DNA of 61,466 bases, filler included. It is 6 parts of 6 records of this genome, joined end to end, with 100 filler letters (N's around TTAATTAATTAA, not from the genome) between each part and the next. Parts side by side here need not be neighbours in the genome. Positions count along the whole stretch, not along the records: positions 1 to 10,794 come from DRR723986_27653; positions 10,895 to 28,136 come from DRR723986_27672; 4 more parts are not named here. One strand, 5' to 3'. Below are positions 1-10,920 of this stretch, piece by piece (positions within the stretch are counted from its first letter, which is position 1; each line of letters begins with the position of its first letter). The position numbers and the translations under genes were made by a program. The notes below the pieces were generated by a model, which worked only from the letters and a program-made list of their open reading frames with translations, had not been told where the DNA came from and ran no database searches.

Positions 1-509
1 AGCCCTAAGTGCTGTGAGCCGGAATTCTACGCGTCTTTGAGCTTGGAGCCAATACATCAGATTCTGCGTCGCATATTTTAGGCTGAAGACCCAAGGCAAA
101 ACAAAAAGAAAAAACAAGCCACCAAGCAATAAACTTCCAGAAATGCCAAGGTTGTCAACTTGAAGGGGGCGAAGTGCTCAGAGCGTTAGCCAGCCAAAAG
201 AAAAGTGAAAACAGCGTGAAACCCGCGATTTTGAGCAAATTGGAAGGATGGCGACGAAGCATCTGGAGCGCTTTGAAGAGCCTGTAAATATTGCGTGGGT
301 GCTGTTAGTGCTGAGTCTATCTTGTAGGATCAAATTTGTCATGTTCTGCTAATATTGATTTGCGTATATTCGCGCCTCCACCATAGCTGTAATGTGTGCC
401 TGGTCGTACATGCTGAGTTATGGGAGATATGCTGAATTGAGCTAAGAGTTCTGTCTACTATTACATAACGGTGCCTGTTCTCACAGCAGGACCCATTTGA
501 TCCGAATAT

Positions 510-3500
510 ATGCCTACTACTATAAAAGTGCAGAAAGATGTCTGGCGAACGCGCCATTTGGCTGCCGTGTTACAGTCGATCCCGCTGCGTCTGATACTGA
601 TACTCGGCTTTGTTGTGTCATTGTCTGCCATACCGGCCCTGGCCGACGTAAGTGCTTATGAATTCAGCAGTTTCCAGCGGTCCTATGTTGAGGTCACGCA
701 GGGGACGTTGCATGCGACTGGAGCGCACGTAACGCAGGATGACAAAGAAAATATTGCCATCGGGTTTCCATTCCCAATCGGTGGGAGGACCGTTACGACG
801 GTGACGATTGGAGAGATGGGGGAGCTATATCTTCAGCCGGTGGGGGAAAGTGAAACAAGTAGTTCGGTGAGGCTTTGGGCGCTTGGAAGTAATCGCTTGC
901 GGCCAAATGGATTTGAACTTCGTTCTGACGTGCTTGGGCAAATACCGAATAGAGTATTTGTGATGCAGTGGAAGAATCTTGCAGGGTTGTTCGTTAACAT
1001 TGAGTCGTTTAACTATCAAGTGTTGCTGCATGAGTCGAACGCTTCAATTGCAATTCAATACGGTAATCTGGTGACGACGGCGCTGTATGACGATGTTAAA
1101 GTGGGACTGGAGGGCAACATTCATTCTGCGAATTGGCGTTCGATTGCCAGGGGAGTGAATAGCTGGGCAGATTCGCGCCGCGGAACACTGGCTGTGGCGC
1201 GCTGTCAGTTTGACAACAGGTTTAAACCACTTAACGGTCAAGTGTTTTTTTGGGAGCCTGCACAGTTAGACCTGGGCTTGGGTGATCCAAACGTTGTGCA
1301 AACGTTTCCTGCTGGGGGGCACTTGGCGCTGCCAGTTATCCTGAAAAATTGCGGGCGGGCTGCAGTTACTTCGGCGTCACTTGAGTGGAGCCTTGATGGG
1401 GGAGCTATTCAACAATTGAGTTGGGCGGGGAATTTGGGGCCCGGTTCAGCGACGACCTTAACTGTCACGACGATCAATATTGTGGCGAACAAAACTTATG
1501 CGCTGCATGTTACAGCTCAGACTGTTAACAGTACGATTGATGATTATTCGACCAACAATACTGTAAATTACTCTTTTGCTGCTGCACTTAGGGGGCGTTA
1601 TTCGGTTGGTGGTACGAGCGCGGATTTTGTTTCTGTCACCGAAGCTGTGCAGCATCTGAATTTGGCGGGAATTGCTGATGATGTCCGGCTTGATGTTAAT
1701 CCCGGTACGTACTACGGGCAGTATGAGCTTGGCGAATTTCCACGCCGTGTTTCTACGCATACTGTAACTGTTGCATCGGCGACCGGCGACTTTGAAGACG
1801 TTAAGTTGGTCGGAACCGGTGGCATTTCCAGGTATAACTATGTGCTGCATTTGCATGACGTCTCTGGACTGAATTTCGAGAATTTAACGTTAAAGGCCAG
1901 CAGTTCTGATTATACAAACATTTTCCGTATCGCCGGCCGCTGTGGAGACATCGGCCTGATAGGTAACAAACTGCAAGGTCTTACAGCCGAAAGTCGTGAT
2001 TCAACGCGAGAGTATGCACTGATCGCTGCAGACCTTGAGAACCTGAGCGGGGAGTTGGAGCTTCGCAATAATATTTTTGATGGTGGACTCGACGGAATTC
2101 TGATTCGAAATGGTAGCTCTGTGCGTTCGCCTTTGGGGCGACTCAAGCTTGAGGGGAACACTTTTGTTAACCAGGCCGACTATGCAATCGATGTTGCCGG
2201 AACGTCGCTACCAATTGAGATCGTCGCGAACCGTTTCACTTTTGTCGACCTTGACCTAACAAATGCAAGGTATACTGCCATCCAGATGCAGGAGGTACGC
2301 GGGCAGTGGTCGATCCGTCAAAATCGAATCAGCGGCAAAGGCCTGCGTGGCCCGCAGAGCAATGCAATAGCTCTGATGGACTGTTCAGGCATTAAAACAC
2401 GTCTGGCGCTATTTGTTAACAACGAAATATTTCTCTGGCCGCTCTCAAAATCTCCATCAGACACAGCACAAATCCATGGACTACACGTGGATGCTTGTGA
2501 GCAGTTGCTGATAGCGCACAATACGATCTATACTAGTGGAGTTGCAGTTGTTCCGTTGGGAATACGTGGCCCGGTTAATATTGAATGTTTTAACAATGTT
2601 TTTGCATCACTTAACACTGAGGCGGTCTCGATCAGTCAAGATCCGGTCGCCTTGTTAATGGATTACAATGCGCATTTTGCACCGCAGGCAATGTATCAAT
2701 TGCCGGATGACCGCTACGAAAATTCACGTGGATATTGGGAAAGGCTGACGCCATTCGACCAGAATTCGATTCTCGCAGATCCACAGTTTGTCAGCCTGGA
2801 CTCGTTGAGGCCGCGTAATTCGGCGTACAACTCTGCGGCTGTTTATCTGGAGCAAGTAGACTGCGATATAAATGGCCAACCACGCGATAGTCAAAATCGC
2901 GACCTGGGGGCATATGCGTGGGACGACCCCACCGCTTCCCTGGACATTGGTTTAAGAAATATGCGTGTGCCATCCTTCCCACTTAAGGCAGGTGTGCATA
3001 GCGTGTCCATAGAGTTGTCTAATCACTGTAGTGCGGCGGTCACAAGTGCCGTGGTGCAATGGCAGCGACGATCTCCCGACTCATCACCAGGTAGTTCCAC
3101 AGTTACAATTGTGACCAGTGTCTTCCTGGGAACACTGGGGCCAGCAGAAAGTACGACACTTACAGTTGATATCAGCCGTAGTGCTCTGGACCAAACATTT
3201 GTTCTGTCTGCAAATGTTAACTCTGTTAACGGACTGGTGGACGAGGTTCCAGTCAACAATACACGTGCGACTTTGATTCCGGGCACCTGTATGAGTGGTG
3301 ACTATACGATTGGAGGGCAGAATGCATCCTTCGCCAGTATTAAGACTGCGGTTGAGGCCTTGCAAGCCTCCGGAGTCTGCGGACCGGTGAGGCTGCTGTT
3401 GCGCAATGGAATTTACAATGGGGTAATCCGGGTTCCCAAGATCAGCGGGACTTCGACACTTAACACAATTACGTTGCGTTCCGAAGACGGCAATGCCGAC

Positions 3501-6500
3501 TCGGTCGTAGTGAGACGGCCACTTTCCAGCGAAACACTATTTACACTGGACGGGGTGAGCTACTTTCGGTTTCACGACTTGACAATTGGAACCGAGAATC
3601 AGGTCGGTATTGGAGTTCTGGTAGACGGCTCTACGGAGAGTTGCGAGTTTGTTCGTTGCATCTTTGCTGGCTTGCGGCAGAAGACCGCACTTGCTCCTTA
3701 CATTGGGATTTCGATTGAGAGTCACCTGGTTTCTGACGTGCTAGTGCGTGACTGCCACTTTATTGGTGGCCAAAGAGCGGTCATCAGCCGTGGCGTCGCC
3801 CACGACGCTTGGCTTGAAGACGTACAAATAATTGACAATCACTTCCAGAATAACAAAGAGTATTCTGTGAGTTTAAGTCGGGTGCGCGGCCTGACAGTGA
3901 AGGGCAATACTTTTGACGCGACTCTTGCGCCAGAATCAACGTCACTTCTGCGGTGTAACGATTTGTCTGGACAGATCGAAATCAATAACAACAGTTTTAC
4001 ACAGCCGGGTAGTGTTAAAAGTTCAATTGAGTTGCAAGGATGCGTTGCCGAAGAGAGCCTGCGCGCTATTCTGGCGAATAATATTATTCAAAGTAGTACA
4101 GGGAACGTTACGGGTGCCTGTCTGATTTTGGAGGCCTGTCAAAACTGGGATATTGTTAACAATTCGATAGTGCACAGTCTGCCGGGCTCCAACACGGTCT
4201 TGCCTGTAAAGTTAACTGGATCTGACTTTGATGAAATATCATTTAAGAACAATGCCGTTGCTAACTACGCTGGTGGTGTCTTACTGTCTGTTCTGCAGCC
4301 TGAAGTGATTCAGTCTTCAGACTTCAATAACTGGTATCAAAGCGGAGAACGATTTGCTCTACTCGCCAACTCATATGTTGCCAATCTTGCCTCGTGGCGG
4401 CGTGTGACCTTGCTTGACGCAAGTTCTTTGGATGTAGATCCGCTGTTCGCAAGTGATATGAGTTTAACGCCACGTCACATTGCCTTGGCAAAGGGTGGGA
4501 CGGCAGTTGCAAATCTTCCGCGGGATATTAATGGGAAGGTGCGCGACTCGGTAAGCCCGAGTATTGGTGCAATTGAATATTCTGTGGTGGGCAAGGACGC
4601 TGCTCTGTCTGCATTTACGAGCCCCGGCATTCCAATCAAGCCCGGCACGAATGCAGTGCGTGTCAATTTGTTTAACAATGCGGCTGTCCCACTTACGAGC
4701 GCAACTATTACCTGGAGCATTGACAATGTTACGCAGGCAACGGTGACCTGGGCTGGAATATTAGCGTCAAATCAGACGGTAAGTGTGACGCTGGGGAACT
4801 CCGCGTTTACGGGTACAACAGCGAGTAAGATCGTGGCGCAGGTACTTGTAGCTGATGACGCGATTGCCTCCAACAACACCGTTTGTATAAATGAATTGCA
4901 GGTTGGTCTTAGTGGAAGATATAGAATTGGTACTCCAGATTTTGATTTTGAGACGATGGCAGATGTTGAATTTGCATTGCGCAAGCGTGGAGTAACAGGC
5001 GCTTGTGTCTTCGTCTTTGAGAAAGGTACTCACCATGGTTCGTTGCACCTCGATGCAGTCGCTGGGCACTCGTCGACAAACACGCTCACATTCACATCAG
5101 ATGGTGGAATACAAAGAGAGACAACACTACTGAACACCAGTGGGTCGCTGGGATATGTTCTGCGCCTCGAAGGGGTCAGTTATGTCACTGTTGCAAACCT
5201 GACAATGCGATCAATGAGTGATGTCAATGGTGCGGTTCTTCATCTTGCCGGCGAGCTTAAGAATATTTGTGTCGATAACTGCCTCTTACAGGCTCGTGAT
5301 GTGCACACCGGCCAGCCTGGTTTAGCCAGCACAATTTGGGTTAACGACGGTTCGGTAGTGGAGGACTTTTCACTGCGTGCTAGCTATATATCTTCCGGGA
5401 TGGACGGCATCCATCTGAAAGGTAACTCATCAAGGCACAAGAACTGGACGATTTCGAAGTCCAGTTTTGTAAGGCATTCAAGTCATCAACTGTTAATGAG
5501 CAATATAGCTGGGCTAGATATCTCAGAATGTATCTTTAGAGTCGAAAGCGACAAGCCGTCGGTATTCATCAAAAATAGTTCAGCTGTCCAATTCAAAAAA
5601 AACCAGATGACCGTGCTCAAAGGCGCCAGTGCCATTGACTTCCGCACAATCAATGCAGCCATCGATGATCTGCCAAGTACAATTGTTAATAACGAGATTT
5701 TAGTACAGGGCCCCAAAAACGGTGATTTAATCAGTCTGCGCGAGTGCACAAATACGCATGTTCTGTACAATACTATGCGCCTGGTTTCCGGAGATGGGAC
5801 TGATGCTGCCTTGGTATCCGTGGATGGTGGGGACGGAAACTCGATTGTGAATAATCTATTTGCGGTCAAAAAGCCAAGCCCAATACTCAGTGAGTTGCCC
5901 CAAGCCACAATAAAGTTAAGTGATGCATCCGCCATCGCGAGCATGGATAATAACTGTTATTCAGATTCCGCGTCAGCATATATCAAGGTGGCCGATGCTG
6001 TGCTCGAGATTGGTCAGTTCATTCGCCAGGGCAATTTTGAGCAAAATTCGATAGTGCATGAACCAACATTTCACCCCTTCAATTGGTTTGTTACCTTTGA
6101 CGCGCTTGTCAATGGACGCGCAGTTCCTTCCAGTCTTGAGTCTATGGACAGGGTCGGTAGGCTGCGAGATACTCTCAATCCAGACATTGGCGCAAATGAG
6201 TTTACTCCCGAAACGATCAGTCTGGTACCTCAAAGTTTAGAACTACCGCTTATTCCGTTTGCGCCAGGGGAATACCAGCCCGAAGTCAAAGTCGTTAACA
6301 ATGGGGTTCAAGCGATTACCAGCGCTACAGTCTCATGGGAATTTAACGGTGCGGCGATGCCCGACTTTCAATGGAATGGGCAACTGGAAACAGCTGTCTC
6401 AACTGACCTTCAACTAAGCTTGATAGAGTTAACTTCATTGACAGGACATACAGTTCGGGCATGGTTAAGTGAGGTCAATGGTAAAGCTGTTGAAGCCGGT

Positions 6501-9500
6501 AGTAACCGTGACGATACGCTTAGTGTAACTAAACATTACGCTGCACTGGGTGGCGACTTCACTCTGGGAGGGAAATCGCCCGATTTTACGAGTTTTGCCC
6601 ACTTGACTTCAATCTTAAAACGGGGGGGAATACATGCGCCGGTTCAAGTCGCTGTGCGCGACGGAGACTACCTGGAGTACGTCAAGTTTGAGGCGGTACC
6701 TCGCCGCAGCCTCTCAGATACCATTTTGGTGTTTTCTGAGTCAGCCGATTCTTCAAAAGTGACAATCAAGCCAAGTGGAGAGGCCTATGCGGCTACAACA
6801 ATTGAAGTCACAGATTTAAGTGACTTAACATTACGTGGCTTGGGCGTTGAGACTCCCTTTAGTGGGACGGCCATTTACCTGGCCGGCGATTCACAGAACA
6901 ATACGATCGATCGCTGCCTGCTTAAACACAGCGATGCTTACTCGGGCAGCACCGTTTATTACCCTGGTTTGATTGCCAACGGCGTGTTAATCGCCCAGCA
7001 TAATACCGTGATTTCGCACAACACTATCGAAGGTGGAGAGTGGGCGTGTTCACTTGCGGGTGGCGAGGGCAGCTTCGCTGAAGGAACTCTCATTCTTGGT
7101 AATCACATGATCGGGCAGAGTCGCGGCGGCATTCAAGTTGAAAATCAGACGGCCTGCCGCATTGAGCAGAATATTGTAAGCTCAGTTTCCGGTGGAACCT
7201 GGGCTGGTGTTTCGGTCTTGAATTCCGGGAATTCAATTAGAGTCAATGCGAATTTCATTTTGCGTGGCGCGGGTAGCGGGCACGGAATAGTATTGACTAA
7301 TGTCGCATCCCGCGCAGATTACCCAACTGCTATCAGCAATAACATGATCCGGGTGCGTGGAGACAATTCCTGCCGGGGTATTGCCATGATTAATGCGCCG
7401 AATATCCGCAGCAGTTTCAGTGATGTTATTCACAACAGTGTTCTTGTAGAGTCGGTCGACGAGTCTGCGAGTGCTGCCTTGTACGAGTCGGGTGTTAATA
7501 GCGTCAGATGCCTGAACAACAACCTTGTCAGCCTGGGTGGCAGCCCTGTGTACTTTAACCTTGAGTACTCCACACGCATTCCGGGGCAATTTGACTATAA
7601 CAACCTCTACAGCTCCTCGAATTTTTTGGCATCTGTCGATGGGCTTGTTCTTTCAGACCTGCGCTCGTTACAACGCGGCACCAGGTCTAATGCCAATTCG
7701 CTTTCCGTTGAGCCTGAGTTTTACAGTTCAGAAGACTTGCACTCACGTCAGTTCCAAATTGACGGTAAGGGCACCCCGCTGCAGGGTTTTGATATTGACA
7801 TAGATGGCGACACTCGTTCCGTGTTAAACCCAGATATCGGGGCCGATGAGTTTACGCCACCTGCCGCAAATGTTGAGTTGATTAGTTTGCAAACGCCGCA
7901 AAGAGTTTTTGTAGCTGGAGTCTACCCTATCAGTGTGACAGTCAAAAATTTGGCGAAGAACGATTTGGAGTCGGCGCTGTTCGCCTGGTCCGTCAATGAC
8001 ATAATTCAGGATACGGTCAGCTGGCAGGGGCGCATTGCTAATTCCGAAGTCGATAGTGTATTTATCGCAAACTATGACTTTCTCCCAACTTCGATTCAGT
8101 CTGTACGCGTATGGGTTTGGAATCCAAATGATACTTTGGACGGACAGACTGATAATGACACTTTGCTGGTTGAGAATATCACTCCCGGCCTTGAAGGTGT
8201 TTACACTATTGGTGGCCCATCCGCTGATTTTGCATCGTTAAATGCATTTACACAGGTGCTGCACTTTGGTGGAGTGCTCGGTCACACCAAGGGGCAGTTG
8301 CGCAATGGCACATACCCGGAAACGGTTGAGATTGGAGCGATCGCAGGCGCGTCCAGCAGCGCACGCGTTGCCATTGAGGCAGAGTCTGGTAAGGCCGATA
8401 GCGTAGTGGTTGAGAATGGGCTGGATGACTATAGAGCCGGCATATTCAATCTAGCCGGTGTACAATACTTAAGCTTGCGAAACCTTACGCTGCGAACGAA
8501 CAATGGCTACTTTTCTCGTGGTATTAACATTGAGGGCAACTCATCACATCTAAAATTTGATTCCCTGATATGTGAGGCTGGGACTACTCCACGAGCCGTT
8601 CCCTATGTGTATGCTGGGAGAGTGGGAGACTCCATAAGTTTTCATGCTTGTTCCTTTCAGGGCAATGCACAGGGGCTGGAGCTTGGTTCTTTACTTGGCA
8701 AAGATGCTAAAGCAGCGGGGGTGCTTGTCTCAGACTGTCTGTTTAACGTCATTAGCCCGGCTATTGAAGTCAGCAATTGTTTGGCACCGCAAATTACGAA
8801 TAACGTCGTGGAAACAAGCTCAGAGTTTAGCTATTTGAGCATGTTATATCTTACAAACTTTGAGGGGGCCTATCGCATTACCGGTAATAGAGTTTTGCCG
8901 GGAACCCAAGCGTCGGCTTTGAGGTTGAGTGGTGCCCGTTCAACCCTTGATTCACCTGGGGTCGTTGCGAATAATATGCTCCATGGAGGTCGGGAGACAG
9001 TGCACTTTGTTAATAATGAAAGTGTCAAGTTCCTGTTCAATACCTGCAGAAGTAACGCAGATGATGATGTCTTTGAACTTTGGTCCAGAAATTCTGAAAT
9101 TGAACTGTTCTCCAATATTTTTTATAGCGCTGCGGGGTTAAACTCCGCTGTGGTTCGGATAAGTTCTCGTGCTGAGGTACTACTTCAGGATAACAACGTT
9201 TACTACAGCAGTGCCGGCGGTAATGCCGTCAAATATAGTACGCGTGTTTACTCTCTGGCGGCGTGGATCGAGTTTTCTGGACGCGATTCCAGCTCGCTCT
9301 TTGTTGACCCACAGTTTGTTTCTGACGAAGACCTGCATGTGACGAATGATATGTTAAAAGATCGTGGTCTTTACAGCGCTTTGGTGCCTAATGATATCGA
9401 CGGGGAGAGGCGCGATAGCCCGCCCGATATTGGCGCTGACGAATTTGACTTGCGGGGGCCAGACTTGGCAGTGCGCGGTTTGACAACGCCGCCAACCTGT

Positions 9501-10751
9501 TCGCCGTCAACGTTTGCGAATGTTGCCCTGCGTTTGTTTAACCCTACGATTGGTGACGTTCGTGAACAATTAACAATTACCCTCAGCGCTACAGGCGCTA
9601 CTCTGGCCTCAGTGACTGAACTCAGTACAACACTTGTGATTCCGGCCCAAGAAGAGATCGTCTATACAATGTCGTCGGTCTTCCCATTTGTAGCAACGGG
9701 TCTCTATAATTTACAGGCGGTTGTGAAAATTGATAATGACTCGAATACTGCGAATGACACCCTGCGGCTGCAATATCATCGTCCCGCACCGCTCACTTTT
9801 TCTCAGGAGTGGCAGTCAGTCCCGACCGACTCAGCGCAGTTTAACTCGACAGCTCTGTTTAGTTGGTGCCAGGTGCCTGATGCTGAAACTTATGATTGTT
9901 ATATTTGGCCGGCCGACGAAAACAGGCCAACATCGGCTACTTACAGTAATCTTACCCGTAATGAGTTAAAACATTGGCCAAACTTTGAAAATGGTAGCTG
10001 GTACAAGTGGCAGTTAACTGCCAAAAATCAATGTGAAACCCTGGCTGGGCCAGTCCAGAGTTTTCAGGGTGCTGAAAGAGCTGAATTTGAATTGCATGCA
10101 AATCTCGATATTCTTACCGACTCTTCGCGATTGGATACGACTCTTGCATCGCTTGGTTATCTGTCTGATATCCAGCCATTTTATACTGCGCCCTGGAACT
10201 ATCTTGGCCGGGAAGAGTCGCTCTGGTGGGATTCAACAGCGGTTGACTGGATGCTCCTTGAGCTGCGCCAGCAGACAAGTGGAACTGTGACATATAGAGC
10301 TGCAGTAGTTTTGTTAAGTGATGGAAGGGTGGTTGGTCCGAATACGGCGGCGACTCTGAGTGTACCAATTCTCCGCGACCGTGGCAAAGGGGATACACGC
10401 CCCTGCCACATTGTTTTGCATTCACGCAATCACTTGCCAATTGCATCCAAAAAGACCTATGTGTTTAACGCATTGCACAGTGCCGGCCCTAAGCTAGACT
10501 TCCGCCAGAGTCAGGACGAAGTGTTCCGCTTGTATGATGCGCCATTAATTGCGCGCGACGGTGGACTTGTTATGGTTCCCGGCGATATTAACCAGGACGG
10601 AATTATTAATGCTTATGACCGCGTTGAAGTGCGGCGCCAGGCTCTTGAAGTTGGCTACAATAGAGCAGATGTTAATCTGGACGGTGTTGTTAACGCAATC
10701 GATCGCACAGTTGTGCGCAATAATAGTTTTAAGGCGGCTCAGGTGCCATAG
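510..10751 (+). CDS. Giant secreted multi-module protein: N-terminal adhesin-like domain, 5x (CARDB-like Ig + right-handed beta-helix), further Ig/FN3-like domains, C-terminal dockerin-like domain
   Basis: 3413-aa uninterrupted ORF. Hydrophobic signal peptide ending IPALA (true start may be slightly downstream). Repeated L-x-G-x-Y-T-I-G-G...DF and D-I-D-G-x-x-R...PDIGADEF motifs. C-terminal GDINQDG/ADVNLDG pair. Confidence 0.85.
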   Translation: MPTTIKVQKDVWRTRHLAAVLQSIPLRLILILGFVVSLSAIPALADVSAYEFSSFQRSYVEVTQGTLHATGAHVTQDDKENIAIGFPFPIGGRTVTTVTIGEMGELYLQPVGESETSSSVRLWALGSNRLRPNGFELRSDVLGQIPNRVFVMQWKNLAGLFVNIESFNYQVLLHESNASIAIQYGNLVTTALYDDVKVGLEGNIHSANWRSIARGVNSWADSRRGTLAVARCQFDNRFKPLNGQVFFWEPAQLDLGLGDPNVVQTFPAGGHLALPVILKNCGRAAVTSASLEWSLDGGAIQQLSWAGNLGPGSATTLTVTTINIVANKTYALHVTAQTVNSTIDDYSTNNTVNYSFAAALRGRYSVGGTSADFVSVTEAVQHLNLAGIADDVRLDVNPGTYYGQYELGEFPRRVSTHTVTVASATGDFEDVKLVGTGGISRYNYVLHLHDVSGLNFENLTLKASSSDYTNIFRIAGRCGDIGLIGNKLQGLTAESRDSTREYALIAADLENLSGELELRNNIFDGGLDGILIRNGSSVRSPLGRLKLEGNTFVNQADYAIDVAGTSLPIEIVANRFTFVDLDLTNARYTAIQMQEVRGQWSIRQNRISGKGLRGPQSNAIALMDCSGIKTRLALFVNNEIFLWPLSKSPSDTAQIHGLHVDACEQLLIAHNTIYTSGVAVVPLGIRGPVNIECFNNVFASLNTEAVSISQDPVALLMDYNAHFAPQAMYQLPDDRYENSRGYWERLTPFDQNSILADPQFVSLDSLRPRNSAYNSAAVYLEQVDCDINGQPRDSQNRDLGAYAWDDPTASLDIGLRNMRVPSFPLKAGVHSVSIELSNHCSAAVTSAVVQWQRRSPDSSPGSSTVTIVTSVFLGTLGPAESTTLTVDISRSALDQTFVLSANVNSVNGLVDEVPVNNTRATLIPGTCMSGDYTIGGQNASFASIKTAVEALQASGVCGPVRLLLRNGIYNGVIRVPKISGTSTLNTITLRSEDGNADSVVVRRPLSSETLFTLDGVSYFRFHDLTIGTENQVGIGVLVDGSTESCEFVRCIFAGLRQKTALAPYIGISIESHLVSDVLVRDCHFIGGQRAVISRGVAHDAWLEDVQIIDNHFQNNKEYSVSLSRVRGLTVKGNTFDATLAPESTSLLRCNDLSGQIEINNNSFTQPGSVKSSIELQGCVAEESLRAILANNIIQSSTGNVTGACLILEACQNWDIVNNSIVHSLPGSNTVLPVKLTGSDFDEISFKNNAVANYAGGVLLSVLQPEVIQSSDFNNWYQSGERFALLANSYVANLASWRRVTLLDASSLDVDPLFASDMSLTPRHIALAKGGTAVANLPRDINGKVRDSVSPSIGAIEYSVVGKDAALSAFTSPGIPIKPGTNAVRVNLFNNAAVPLTSATITWSIDNVTQATVTWAGILASNQTVSVTLGNSAFTGTTASKIVAQVLVADDAIASNNTVCINELQVGLSGRYRIGTPDFDFETMADVEFALRKRGVTGACVFVFEKGTHHGSLHLDAVAGHSSTNTLTFTSDGGIQRETTLLNTSGSLGYVLRLEGVSYVTVANLTMRSMSDVNGAVLHLAGELKNICVDNCLLQARDVHTGQPGLASTIWVNDGSVVEDFSLRASYISSGMDGIHLKGNSSRHKNWTISKSSFVRHSSHQLLMSNIAGLDISECIFRVESDKPSVFIKNSSAVQFKKNQMTVLKGASAIDFRTINAAIDDLPSTIVNNEILVQGPKNGDLISLRECTNTHVLYNTMRLVSGDGTDAALVSVDGGDGNSIVNNLFAVKKPSPILSELPQATIKLSDASAIASMDNNCYSDSASAYIKVADAVLEIGQFIRQGNFEQNSIVHEPTFHPFNWFVTFDALVNGRAVPSSLESMDRVGRLRDTLNPDIGANEFTPETISLVPQSLELPLIPFAPGEYQPEVKVVNNGVQAITSATVSWEFNGAAMPDFQWNGQLETAVSTDLQLSLIELTSLTGHTVRAWLSEVNGKAVEAGSNRDDTLSVTKHYAALGGDFTLGGKSPDFTSFAHLTSILKRGGIHAPVQVAVRDGDYLEYVKFEAVPRRSLSDTILVFSESADSSKVTIKPSGEAYAATTIEVTDLSDLTLRGLGVETPFSGTAIYLAGDSQNNTIDRCLLKHSDAYSGSTVYYPGLIANGVLIAQHNTVISHNTIEGGEWACSLAGGEGSFAEGTLILGNHMIGQSRGGIQVENQTACRIEQNIVSSVSGGTWAGVSVLNSGNSIRVNANFILRGAGSGHGIVLTNVASRADYPTAISNNMIRVRGDNSCRGIAMINAPNIRSSFSDVIHNSVLVESVDESASAALYESGVNSVRCLNNNLVSLGGSPVYFNLEYSTRIPGQFDYNNLYSSSNFLASVDGLVLSDLRSLQRGTRSNANSLSVEPEFYSSEDLHSRQFQIDGKGTPLQGFDIDIDGDTRSVLNPDIGADEFTPPAANVELISLQTPQRVFVAGVYPISVTVKNLAKNDLESALFAWSVNDIIQDTVSWQGRIANSEVDSVFIANYDFLPTSIQSVRVWVWNPNDTLDGQTDNDTLLVENITPGLEGVYTIGGPSADFASLNAFTQVLHFGGVLGHTKGQLRNGTYPETVEIGAIAGASSSARVAIEAESGKADSVVVENGLDDYRAGIFNLAGVQYLSLRNLTLRTNNGYFSRGINIEGNSSHLKFDSLICEAGTTPRAVPYVYAGRVGDSISFHACSFQGNAQGLELGSLLGKDAKAAGVLVSDCLFNVISPAIEVSNCLAPQITNNVVETSSEFSYLSMLYLTNFEGAYRITGNRVLPGTQASALRLSGARSTLDSPGVVANNMLHGGRETVHFVNNESVKFLFNTCRSNADDDVFELWSRNSEIELFSNIFYSAAGLNSAVVRISSRAEVLLQDNNVYYSSAGGNAVKYSTRVYSLAAWIEFSGRDSSSLFVDPQFVSDEDLHVTNDMLKDRGLYSALVPNDIDGERRDSPPDIGADEFDLRGPDLAVRGLTTPPTCSPSTFANVALRLFNPTIGDVREQLTITLSATGATLASVTELSTTLVIPAQEEIVYTMSSVFPFVATGLYNLQAVVKIDNDSNTANDTLRLQYHRPAPLTFSQEWQSVPTDSAQFNSTALFSWCQVPDAETYDCYIWPADENRPTSATYSNLTRNELKHWPNFENGSWYKWQLTAKNQCETLAGPVQSFQGAERAEFELHANLDILTDSSRLDTTLASLGYLSDIQPFYTAPWNYLGREESLWWDSTAVDWMLLELRQQTSGTVTYRAAVVLLSDGRVVGPNTAATLSVPILRDRGKGDTRPCHIVLHSRNHLPIASKKTYVFNALHSAGPKLDFRQSQDEVFRLYDAPLIARDGGLVMVPGDINQDGIINAYDRVEVRRQALEVGYNRADVNLDGVVNAIDRTVVRNNSFKAAQVP

Positions 10752-10794
10752 AACGTGCGGCTGGTGTCTTGACCGCTTTGAGCCGTTTGCTCTG

Positions 10795-10894
10795 NNNNNN
10801 NNNNNNNNNNNNNNNNNNNNNNNNNNNNNNNNNNNNNNTTAATTAATTAANNNNNNNNNNNNNNNNNNNNNNNNNNNNNNNNNNNNNNNNNNNN
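10795..10894. other. Artificial contig linker (N-run with TTAATTAATTAA)
   Basis: 100-nt spacer with stops in all six frames; composition and gene content change across it. Confidence 0.98.
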
Positions 10895-10920
10895 ATTTGA
10901 ATCCTGAATGTCGATTGAAC

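Noticed and set aside
1..262. Possible minus-strand membrane protein start (MLRRHPSNLLKIAGF...) needing a frameshift in the G5 run near 165-169 to continue as LQVDNLG...
   Set aside because: No recognisable family; T-rich sequence gives hydrophobic translations by chance; truncated by the window edge
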